A DNA stretch of 64,000 bases. It comes from Perkinsus olseni (taxonomy: Eukaryota). The position numbers were made by a program, and so were the translations under genes. Positions 1 through 11,591 of this stretch are shown here, piece by piece. The notes under the pieces are model-generated. The model was not told the origin of the DNA. It did not search any database and saw only the letters and a program-made list of their open reading frames with translations. The stretch lies in assembly GCA_013115125.1 (NCBI GenBank), contig JABANN010000074.1, forward strand, positions 1-64,000, in the 5' to 3' direction. The stretch's first letter is position 1; each line of letters starts with the position of its first letter.

Positions 1-72
<72 letters not shown>
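1..72. repeat. (TGT/TTG)n trinucleotide microsatellite, truncated by window start
   Basis: Perfect tgt repeat from position 1 to ~72. Confidence 0.95.
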
Positions 73-374
73 GTAGAGCCTTTACAATGACACTGTCGCC
101 ACCAACAATACATAATAGCAGTACGGACCATAGCCTCTCTGGTATCATCACGAGAGAGGTAGACCAGAGTAGGAGAGGGTGACAGCACGTACTCCAACGT
201 CAGCTCGAACATTAACAAAGGCGACTGAAGGGGAGCGGCGCATGAGTATACATGTCACAACAACATGAATCGTTGTACGATAATGATTACGACATCTGCT
301 TACTCGCGTACATGGTAGTTTCAACGCCACATCATGCGGGAGACTCAGAAACGAACCAATATCGCCGTGCACTC

Positions 375-1565
375 TCATGGCTGTGGTCGGAAAGCCTGTC
401 CTTCCTGCTGCCCCCAGCCATCATTCATCTCCCTTCTCCAATATGTACTCTGACTATCCCTAGATACTTCTATTGCCTTGTCATGGGCTCGATAGAAGCC
501 ATGCTTACTCGCACCATAAGTGGCGGTCCTCGGCCTGACATCAACTGGAATGGCAGGAGCGATACGTCGCCGATGTGAGAGGGGCCGGCTAAAGTGGACG
601 AAACGCTTCCGTGAAAATTCGTCCGCAGCGAGCTTCAGGAGACAGCCGCGCGCTCGCGTGCAAGCGTCACCGATAGTGACGGGGCATGGGTTTTCGTACT
701 CTGGGTAGTTCGCCGGGAAGGAGTGCCCCCGGCTATCGGATTCGTAAGAACTTCATGCTGTGTGAGCTCACGGAAGAAAGGCAGGGATTTTAGAACACTC
801 TTAAACGACTTACAGACGTACGAGGAGAGGAAAGTAATTTCGATTGGATGGCATCATCAACCCTACGGAACTTGAGGAGGTGATTCTCAGAGCATCAAGT
901 TGGATACTCCGGGAGCATCTGCCCTCTGCTGTTTCGTCTACCTTCCATTCTGCCAATAGCTCACAGCCCATCCTTGCATCCTTTCATCCCACATGATGGA
1001 ATCATCCCCGCCTTTATGTGAAGGGCGAGCATGAACTCGACCACTCTCTTTCAATTCCTCATAAAACTTCTTTGCCTCTTCCTTAGACCACTTTATACCA
1101 AATTTTTTTACCTGTCCGACGGTCCCAGGTTCGATCCGCACTCACAGCATCTTACCGGAAAAGGCTTGGCATTGAGCTTCTCGTGCTCATACCAATACAC
1201 TTCCCAACACTCAGAATAATCATCCCAACGTATATTCGGATCTGGGCTGTCGTAGTAGTCATCGTTCAGTGTTACCTCGAGAAGAGAGACGAACCCGCTC
1301 ACTACTGATCCCTTCCCATCGCATTCATGTACGACTACATCAAGAAGAAGAGTTCGATGAGATCAGCGCACGCCCGGTGGACAGCTGGTCTCTCTACTAC
1401 CTCTTTTATCCTCTCCAAGTGCACGGGCTGATATCTATTGGCATTAGCAGATCGGAATCGATTGCCAATACCCCATCGAAAGACTCTCTGGTGAACCCCT
1501 TCTGTCTTAATATAATCTGATTCACGTAATACCTTACCGCAATACCGAAGGGGACTGAGTCTCAT
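375..1565 (-). CDS. Multi-exon AP2-domain protein with two AP2-like repeats, resembling small apicomplexan ApiAP2 proteins; 3' end uncertain
   Basis: Spliced segments: ...IRWDDYSECWEVYWYEHEKLNAKPFPV/KKFGIKWSKEEAKKF and IMWDERMQGWAVSYWQNGR/PRTATYGASKHGFYRAHDKAIE, matching the AP2 pattern W-D...W...F/Y...K.G...A...A; basic N-terminus MRLSPLRYCGK. Confidence 0.75.
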
Positions 1566-2178
1566 CAGGATGACAATGACAACAGTGGTCCGAACTGATG
1601 AACATGATGATGGAGCTCTCGGAAGAATGATCCCAATGTAAATCCACGTATCATTCGTGGTCTACGTACTGAAGCCTACGTAACGACTATTCTATCCACA
1701 ACCGAATCCAAGGCTATCGCGGATACTACCAGGGGCAACACAGCATACCTAGTTGGAATCTTGACCGATACCCAACCTTCACAATCGATATTATGTCAAG
1801 TCGCAGATACATGCATTCCCTTATGGGGAGGGTAGCGTAAGCGTACTCACCGTACGATAGCCGAATAATTGTTGTGCCGAATTCGAGTGTCTTAGTCGTA
1901 TTACTCCATTGTACTCCAAAGCGGCTCACAAATCGCCTCTGAAGGCCAACAATCAGCTCCCCAGATACACGTGTGATACACCCACGCCACCCTCGCCCCG
2001 GCTCTCTAACGGGCCTTCGTTAATTATTATTAACTCGACTACAGGAGAGACGCTGATAAACTAAGGAGAAGGTTTGGCGTAGCGAGATGGGGGATTTGAT
2101 ACGTGCAACTCGGCATAGTAACTCCTCCACTCATCATCATACTGATCAACACGATAATAACAATGATGACCATTACCA

Positions 2179-4710
2179 TCATCCTACCTGGCCCTTCTCT
2201 GCATCAGCTTCATCCTGCATGCGACTATACTGTGTCGAGGGCGTACCCGAGTCAACTGGTACGAAATGGAACTGATAGTTGTGGGGACGACGCCTCGTCA
2301 TCTCACCTTCCCCAATCTTCGGATACTCTTTCACCTTGGTGTTCGCGCTATCACCAACCTCAACGACTGACACAAACGATGGGCATCAATTTCGTGGCGC
2401 GCGGTAAAAATATATCATAACTTACCTTCACCCTTCATGATGTCCTTCAGTTTGACTATGGCATAATGTATTGGTACCGGCATCCCGTACAGCATTAACC
2501 GACGCCACATGAGAGGAGCATCTTCGCTCGACTCTTGCTCATCATCGATCGGCATCAACTCAACGTAGCATTGTGATCGTCGTCGGAGATCCTGGAGAAA
2601 ATGGTCTCGGGTTCGAATCCACGTAAGAGTATTGAGCTACTAATTATTAGCTACTCCGTATCTAGCACGCTTAACCTCAAGATATGCCGCTCCTACCTGC
2701 ATGGTCCGATCAGTGAGTAGCTCTGCCTTATCAGCCGGTACATCTACATAGTACTCGACTGGTGTATCAAGAGGCGTGTCCCGATCTGAAGGGATACAGT
2801 TGAGATCCGTCGAGAGCTGCACCAGGGCGTTACTCGGGGCGCAAGCATCAACCGCTTCGGGTGAGTCGAAGTGTGAAACAGCAACAGCTGCCGTGGCTGC
2901 ACTTACATCTACACGAGGTAACCTGAACGCAAAAGTGCTAAACATGAGGCCCTTCGCTCCGCCTACCCTGCCACAGGCACTGATGGCGTCGGCGGTCCTC
3001 CTCGGTAGTCTTCTTCCACCCAGCGTGGGTTCAATGCCTGAGAAGATAGTCTCACCCAACCTCGTTCGTATCTCGCAGTGTTCAACCAAAGATGCTACCC
3101 TCTCTTCCGCCTCGGGATTCTTCGGCGGTGGCACCGGTAGGGCGTCCGGCAATCTAGACAAAACTCGGGCTAGTCGAACCAACGCATCATCAACCTTATC
3201 AGGATCCGACGACCATACCAGACACTTCCTGAATTGACAAAGGTGTGGTATGATTCACTTACTGCATGCATGCTCCACTACTTAGGTTGGGTAGGATCGT
3301 CTCCTGATACAAGTTCGATTGACGCCCCGGACTCCTCACGTAGATCAGCGAGCATCCGACCTCTTCTGCCAATTACCAAACCACAATGGTCATCCAAGAT
3401 ATCAAAAGATACCTGAACGTCACCGCGCCACGAAACTATTCTCGACTCGCAGGTCACTGTGCCGTACTAGATTGGGCTTATCCACCGCCGAGAGAGACTC
3501 AGGATTGGCTTCGTAAGCACTATGATGATTCATCACGGGAAGGGGAGGTGGTAGTAACTCCGAAGGGACCACTGGCGGAGGAGGGGGCGTGTGCATCTCC
3601 GGTAACGGGTGACGATATCGGAATAGATCTCTGAGGAAGGATCGAGTAATGGTATAGCCACAGATGGCATTCCATCAACTCTTCCCTACCCGACTACTAC
3701 CACTACTATTACCCAATCCTTTGCATGGCTTCATATACGCCATACTTGGGGCCTCTAACGTGTACATGAGTTGTGTTAGTCGATGGATCTCTTAGAGGGT
3801 CATCATCACGAACAGCAACACTAATCTCAACTCCACATTGGGACTCTAGACTCTGAATAACGAAAGGAGTGGTATGCATTACTGTGGACTGATGAACCTA
3901 CCCTGACTGTATTGCCTCTCACTCCCACCACCAAGCCAGCTCTATCCAATGGTACTGGTAGGTTAACTGCAAGGCTCGGTACTGCGGGGTCGATGGTCTC
4001 GAATACCAAATTCTGAACAACGAATGGATACACAAGGCCGGGCATACTAATGGTGATTGAGGGAAGTAGCAAGGGAAGGATGACTAAATTCCGAGGCGCG
4101 CAACCCCTTGGCTGTCTCCTCTGTATTCGACTCTCCTCGCGGCAATGACATACAGAGGAATGCTGGTGTAGAGGGCATAAGATGCATGCGTGTACTATTA
4201 CTCCACCCTCTACTATTATTAATATAACGTTATCACCTCCCAGGAGTATCCATCGGGCCCTCTGGTAGGCGGGCCAGGGTCCACCTCCATCCCAGTGAGA
4301 GGAGGAGGCATCAATGGAGGTGGCATTGGTGGCGAATACCTACATCACCGAGTGCACTGTGTATGCGCCCTATCCATGCCTTGACCTTGTATCCGCTCCC
4401 ATTAGCTCAGGCTGATCTCCCGGGTACCGACGTTTGCGTGTGAAGTTGAGAGGGACCGGTTCGCCATACATTACCGCCTAGTGACCAGCTAAATGAAAGA
4501 CTTAGAGAAGGCAGGCTACTAGAGGGTATGAGAACCCTGGGTAAGGCGAAGTAGGCCGGGAATAACCCTCCTGAACGCAGAACTGACCCATCGTGAAGAG
4601 GAACGTTTACAGACTTCTGTACAGTTGAAACAACATAGAGCTTGGTGGTGGTGATGGAACTGGTTGGTAAGTCTCGTCAGGATGGTGAGCTGCATCCACT
4701 CGGATTGTCA
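2179..4710 (-). CDS. Multi-exon KH-domain RNA-binding protein; ends uncertain
   Basis: KH GxxG motifs VPLDRAGLVVGVRGNTVR (~3900-3960) and ILDDHCGLVIGRRGRMLADLREESGASIEL (~3310-3410); 180-aa open exon 2640-3182. Confidence 0.6.
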
Positions 4711-4829
4711 TCACCAGTAGCAGCAGCAGGTGGAGGGGGAGCCTCTCCTGTGGGGCCTGCGTGAATGTGACAATAAACCCCAGTAGGATACACAACTTAA
4801 ACTATACAGCAGAGCTACCGCTATTTCGA

Positions 4830-6765
4830 CTATTTGTGCATGCGTAGAGAAAACACACAATCATACCACTCCTTTAGCACATCACAGAAGTATACTATGC
4901 TACGGAATCTACCAGAACTCGGAAACAGCCCAAGCGATAACGCATCCCCCGAGCCCCACCAAATCGCCCTACTACCCCGATCCGTGGCCTTCCGATCTCT
5001 ACAGAAGAGTTGATGCTGGCCCAACGCTCGTCCGTCTACGAACTCCTTACCGCATTCTTCACACTTAAACTCCTCCTCATCCACAGGCCGGAGCATACCC
5101 AAATGACCGTCAATATTCCCACCATTGCTTTCCCCTTCCATCAATCGATATCCACAAATTTTGCAAACCTCTCCCGTCCCTCGTAATGCTGCACTCGCAA
5201 CCTTCCTTCCCAGATGAACCCCCGAATGCTTCGCTGCTCTATGCTGAGCCAAACCTTCCTCATCGCGGCACTCCACCCCGCAGGCTGAACACTTCACACC
5301 CACCCTGTTATGATAGAGTCCCAATTCATGCACTTGACGATTATGGGTAAATAATCCCTGATTCGTCGTAAAACGTTTGTCACAAATTTCACAAACATAA
5401 TCCCCTGCTTTCTTCCTCGCCCTCTTCGTCGGAGACTCTCCACTGTTTCCATCGCCAGAATCGCATCGCTCCGCCTTACCACTGCACCGATTTTTCGCCA
5501 GCACGTATAACGTTGAGAACATACTTTCGACTTCGGCGTCGTTGCCAGCAGGTACCCACTGCTTCTGCGTCTGATGATTCTTGAAAGTCTGATACGTCCT
5601 ATTCCGTACCATTCTAAATGATGGAAATAATTCCACAGGGAAAGGTCGAGGTTTGCCGATGAGATGTAGACCGTTGAGGGACGCCAAGTTTGCAAGATTC
5701 CACCTTTTCGCCTGACCTTCGACCAAACAAAGAAGGACTCGACCATCACTACGAAGAACTCGCCTGAGGCAATGAAAACCATCGATAACGGTATCAATGA
5801 CCACGCACTCGGTTGGCAGCCCCCTAAAGTGTTGTACCGATCCAAGATTCTTGTACACTCACCTAGCGGAGTCAGCAAAGTGGGCCATGAGCACTTGATG
5901 AAGCTTCGCATCCTCGACACCCAAATGGGGATGATTCCATATAATAACATCGAACAGCTGACACAATGGGAACGGAATTTTGTGGCGCGCGACACCCGTG
6001 TAGACTACTACTACCTCTCCTTTCATTTCTTCAGGCAGCCTCACAGCATCGACGCCATGTTGAACCGAGATCTTGTAATCTTGCAATATCTTCAAATTAG
6101 CCTCCACCGCACGTCCATATTTCTTATCTAAGTCCTCGCTAGTATCGAAAGACGTGCATAATAATCGTATCGTGGAGGTATCGGGGAGCAGCCCGAGGTA
6201 GAGTGATAAAACAGGCAAATGCCGCCTGATCATCATAAAAGGACATTAATACCGTACAATCCTCAACTCTATACGACGGAAGATCGGCATTTTAGCGTGA
6301 ATGCCCGATGAATTTTCATTCATTTTCCACAGCCAAACCGATACCAGCATGATTCCTCACTCTCAGCCATCAAAACGGAATTACCCTTTTCACGAAATTC
6401 CCAACGTTCCTCATACTGATAGAGCATTTTTGCAGTAAGTTCGTCTATCTTCCCGAGTTATTCTGCTATCCATATCTTCGCAAATGAATCATCTGAGATG
6501 ATTCCTCATCAACATAACCACCCTTCAAATGTCAACCAAAATCTTTCTCATTCGTCTACATCGCTACTGAAGATCCTCTCAGCCGATATTGCTACACCGG
6601 TAATCACCTCTATGCACCGAATGCCCTCGTTGAAATATCATAAATTGATTCCCAAGATAAACCCCTGAAGTACTACTCTTCTTCATCCGGACTGAGCAAA
6701 GCTTCGGCTAATGATGCTGAGAATGAGAAATCGCCATCCCCTAGTATGAGGATGGACTTTGCCAT
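4830..6765 (-). CDS. BMT5/DUF2431-like rRNA methyltransferase domain fused to C-terminal C2H2 zinc fingers
   Basis: MAKSILILGDGDFSFSASL and IIWNHPHLG motifs typical of DUF2431; C2H2 fingers CEICDKRF..LFTHNRQVH, CSACGVE..LAQHRAAKH, CEECGKEF..LGQH. Confidence 0.75.
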
Positions 6766-7000
6766 TCTAGGGCAGACAGTAGAAACTGATAACAACAAAA
6801 CGTAACAGAGAAGAGGAGTCTCCAGGGAAGATCTCGAACGACGGTGTACTAGCAAATCCATCAACCAGTCTCCAATTCGACGCTCAGCACTGTTGAATCA
6901 TAGGCACTATCGTCATCAATTCCACACGAAGCGCAACTGGAGAAACAACCGCGACGAGGGTACAATTGAACGCAAGGCAACATGAGAGTAGAAACAATGA

Positions 7001-7869
7001 TTACGTCGAAGTGTGCTGCTGCTGTGGCTGTTCGCTGCCGAAGGCCTTCATAAGGGGATTCACAACCTTCTGTAATTCATCCAGTCGCCTGAAAGAAATG
7101 AATGCGTTGAGTTGGTCGATTGAAGCACCTTCGACTAAGCTGCATGTTAAACGGAGTGAATTAATGAGTAAAGCGTTATCCAACATCAAGATACCAACAG
7201 ATACTTACTGATCAACCAATTTGTGCAACTTCTCGCGGGACTCCAAATCCTTCGCGGATTCCTCTCGCTGACTGCATCTACACAAATAACTGATACCGGC
7301 AACCCTAATCGATCCCGCGATCGATAATAGCATCCTTGGGTCGAAAATATCCGATATTCTCACACTTCGTATTTTACCATCTCCAGCCCACACCATTAAC
7401 AAGATCCATCTACCTTGCGATAGACAACCTTCCCCCATATTACAATCCGTCCAGAGTCCCTTCCAACTCTTGCCGGGCCTTCAACTCAGCTGCTAGGTTC
7501 CGGTCAATCTCATCAAAGCTCTTGGTAGAAGGGAACGTCTAAACTCCATAACCCTCAGCAACGGTGGCCATGCGTGGCAACAACGCCGATATGTCAGTCC
7601 ATCCACGAGTGCCCCGACCGAGAATAGAACCAGAGACCTCCCGATTAGGACCTTCCCCATCCCTTCCGCCAACTTGGACATATCGTTCATCACCGGATGC
7701 TCAGTGGCCGAGATAACTTGCTCATATAGCGACCCGCGGAAAGCTGCTTTCTCCCTCGCCTGATGACCACTCGAATATTTCTACCACCCACCAACCAAAT
7801 ACATCCTACCATAATTGCTTCATGCATTTGGCTCTTCACCGCTTGATTTATTGCTTCCTCATCGGCCAT
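7001..7869 (-). CDS. Multi-exon hypothetical coiled-coil protein
   Basis: Short exons flanked by GT/AG starting MADEEAINQAVKSQMHEAIM; charged helical segments; no family recognised. Confidence 0.4.
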
Positions 7870-8109
7870 CGCTACCGCCCTCAACTGCCGATGATTTCGC
7901 CGTATTTTCTGCAGCTGCATCAAAATTTCATAAACCTGATATCGATCAAGTCCTGATAGAATACTCCGAGAAAAAATCTGTTAAACAGCGGTGGACATAA
8001 GAAAAGCGTTCGGCGTACCAAAATTCACAGAGAAATGAAAACTTTTTCATTATTCTTTGATTGAAAAAATACGAACCATACAAATAATTCAATAACGAAT
8101 CCGCATCAA

Positions 8110-9185
8110 TTACGCCTTCATCATCGGGCTACTCCACAAGCGCACACGCTGATCTATCCAGATATTACTTTCTCCTCGGGTACCCCTTCGCCGACGCTCC
8201 GCATGGTCTCGATCTCCACTAGGAGGTTACTCAACACGCCGAGGTCATCTCGGGCATCTTCGAACAGCTGATCTGCCGAGTCGGCTTTGACCTCCTTTAC
8301 GCCTTGAGCATCCGCTTCGACCTTGGATATGCTCATTGAGGGAGTCAGAGGGTATGCTGAGTATTCCCTGGCAACCACCCGCCAACACAAAAGTATACCG
8401 ACAGAAATTGTACATTTTAGTAATAAACGTGATGGAAAAAGATACATCAGATTAACGGTTACTCGACCAGTAGGCGATGGTAGTACCTAAGTTGATATAT
8501 TATGCCTGCCTCCGGGAAAGAACCCGCGCCCTCCCGTGTACTACTTGCATCCGCTACCCTCCAGCCCACTTCGGCATCTAAATCATCGCCAGCAGTATTG
8601 TTAGTTATATGCAGTACATCACCGAGGCTTAATTCCACCAGGGAGTGGCGCTTCATTTTACGACCGTTGAGATAACTCCCACTCTTGCCTGAAATGATGC
8701 ATGCCTCATCCTAGTGTAAGATGGCCCATCTTAGATGGGACACATCCGAAGATCGCAATATCGAATGTTGAACGAGACAAAGGCCCTTCCCATCACTACT
8801 GAGATCTCGGACTGTCAAGATCAATTGGGGCTTTTGATTATCAAGTAACTGAAAGAAAGCGAGACATAGGATGAATGGATCGATATTACAGCAATTGCAT
8901 GGGCATCTACCTTAGCCTTCAGACTGACCATCAAATGTCGTCTACTGCAGGATTCATGAGCACAGGTTACAACATTGCCTCCACTACCACTACTCGAACG
9001 TTGCCGACCTGACACGCTATCCTTGCCATACTCCCAGAGGCTGCTATCCACCTATTAATATGTCCGGCTTGTCCCTCGTTAGGATTCTCTCAATTTCTGG
9101 GCATGTGCCGGTAGAGCCCCCCAATGGAACCAAGTGAACCTGATGTGGTAGGTCGACTGGAAGGGGCCAGCAGCAGCTCACCATC
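8110..9185 (-). CDS. FHA-domain protein, multi-exon
   Basis: FHA motifs GR...HESCSRRH, then SGSYLNGRKMKRHSLVELSLGDVLHI. Confidence 0.6.
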
Positions 9186-10625
9186 ATTGCCTTCTGACGT
9201 TCCTCTTCATTACGCGACGCTGAGAAGCCATTAACCTAGGGAGGCTTCAAGTGGGTTCATACCACCTTTCAATCGGCGACTACCGCGGCGCTCCCGCCAG
9301 TGGGCTTTTTATTAGATGCATTTTCGGAGGCGGCGCTGGCAATACCAACTTTCTGCGGAATCCTCTTCCCCATTGGTGCATGACGTTCTTCGTGTGTTAT
9401 ACCATCGTCCACTGGCATATGTGCCGGCTGTGTACCATGCTCGGGCTAAGCGGGACGAAACAACATAATACTCGCTAAGACACTAGAATTAATGTCACAA
9501 CTTGTAAGGTTCCTCAGACGTCCCTAATCGCATCAACCATCCCCAGAGGCAGCCCCGAGCATTCCATCTCTTATCATTGGCATTATGTTACGTCAAGCTT
9601 TAGATGATCTCCATATACCACTCCAAGCCGAATACACTTATCCTACCACCACCACCCCTACTACCACTGGATCCCCAGCATTGGTAAGAGATCTCGACCC
9701 CTCAGCGGGGGAGAGGGAATCTTCCTCAGCGCCATCGCCCGGCATTGTCTCCGGACCTTCGATTCGAGGACGTTTAGCGTCCGGACTTCTCACAATATAG
9801 GGGATGACTTTCCATTGACCAGATTCAGGATCATAGGTTGGTACCTGTGATCACCATGCTCGACCTAAAGATACGCTGATTGGTTACGATAGGTAGGCTG
9901 AGGTGTCGAAGCTGCTGCAGCGACCTAGGCTGATGCCGAGCTACACTCGAAGGAGGCGGAGGATGGGTCATCATACATGCAGAAATACTGCAAGAGGTAT
10001 CTTCCGATGTTCATGGTATTACTTTCGGCCATCCCGAAGTGGTAAGTGGCACGAACTGTGGCGTACTGTGTGATTCCTCAAGCTAACCAATGGTCGTTAC
10101 GCATCCCACATGCAATGAGGTATGGGATAAACAGAATATTGCTGTTGATGTTACGAACGTTCAATGAGATGCGCATGGAGTGGTATCGGTATGACATGAT
10201 GGAAATCGTGACAAGAGATCTCGCTGTCGAGATTAGCGTACTTAACGAACTACCTTTGCGTCAGATGCTCCATCATTTTTCACTGGAAGTGTCCGGGCGA
10301 CGCATGAAGTCACCCTGCCTCGTGATCATGCTCGACATGATAATATTATCGAGATAAGTCAACAAGATCCGCCGTGTTCTCCATGGTGGGACTAATGGAA
10401 AGTCCAGCTGCTTCTAAGTATATGCTTAGCGCGGGGTTGGTCAAGTTCTGAGTTGGTTGCCCTCATCCACTCACTTGAATACTTGCGCATCTCCTTGAAC
10501 CAATGCGTGCTTGTGTGTGCCTGTCACCTCCTCCCTACATGCGCTGTTCAAAATCGATCACATGGGCGAGCGAGATTACGAAACTGCGCAGTTTGGGCTG
10601 ACAGCGCAACTTCCCGTCTTACCCC

Positions 10626-11591
10626 GTGCGTGGTCCGAGCCTTGGTGCAGTCTTTAATAACGTCAAAATGAGCATAAGTCCGTCCCCTTCACCATCCGAT
10701 ACCATATTGTTCCATCATCCTTCCGAGGGACACGAAGCAGCCGGTCCGGCCATACCAGCAGCCCCTCAACAGCCGCAGCAGCCGTCACAACTGCCGATTA
10801 TTCCGGTATTGCCGACATCTGAGAGGATACCCACCCCGCAGCAGCAGAAGAGTCGAGTGATGCCCGTTCGTCCTCAAGCCCCGATACTGCCCTCAGCTCC
10901 TCAACAACAGCAGTCACTCATGTCTACAGCAGCTCAGATGGCCGCCTTCATGAACGAACGTACTCGGTACTTGGCGACTCTCCAGCAGAAGTTTCAGCGG
11001 CAGCCAACGCCCCCGCAGCCCAAGGCCGAGTTCCAGCCGCTGGTTCGAGCCGAGCCCCCACAACCCGCTCAACAACAACAACAACCACAAGCATTAGACT
11101 TCCCTGTCTTCACTGACCCTTCCGAGCTGGCCGCCAAGTTGTTCAAGGATGATGGTTCCTTTAGGAGGCTTCATATGGGCTCTCGCCGACGTGACAGTCG
11201 ATGTTCACTACATCGATTGCTAGGGAGAGCTTGCAAGGGTAGGGGTACCCAAGTCGTAACAGAGTGTGAGTTCAAGGCTAATTACGGTGTATGGACACTC
11301 GCTGGTCTGGACCGTATCAAAAGTCTCCGATCTAAGGGCTACACGAGCGCTCAGATCTACAGCGCTGTCGAGGCGGCAGCAGGCATTGCATTACCGATGC
11401 TTGAGAGATTGCAGTATCTTGAGGATGCCCCGGGCAGTCGAATCGCCAAGGCGTTGACATTACCGGGTAAGGCTGCCAGTGGTAATGCTGTGAAGCACCA
11501 CCGAGGGCCAACGAAGGCTGAACTGATGGCTATATGGGCTATGCTGGAGGTCCGGCATTTGAATGAGAGAGCTAACGAGGCCTCGCTGTGA
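10626..11591 (+). CDS. Intronless 321-aa ORF with P/Q-rich N-terminus; unknown, possibly gag-like TE protein
   Basis: Long uninterrupted ORF in an otherwise stop-riddled island; no introns, unlike most neighbouring genes. Confidence 0.45.
   Translation: MRGPSLGAVFNNVKMSISPSPSPSDTILFHHPSEGHEAAGPAIPAAPQQPQQPSQLPIIPVLPTSERIPTPQQQKSRVMPVRPQAPILPSAPQQQQSLMSTAAQMAAFMNERTRYLATLQQKFQRQPTPPQPKAEFQPLVRAEPPQPAQQQQQPQALDFPVFTDPSELAAKLFKDDGSFRRLHMGSRRRDSRCSLHRLLGRACKGRGTQVVTECEFKANYGVWTLAGLDRIKSLRSKGYTSAQIYSAVEAAAGIALPMLERLQYLEDAPGSRIAKALTLPGKAASGNAVKHHRGPTKAELMAIWAMLEVRHLNERANEASL

Noticed and set aside
1-72. Possible telomeric repeat at the window edge
   Set aside because: Simple TTG trinucleotide, not a TTAGGG/TTTAGGG-type repeat.
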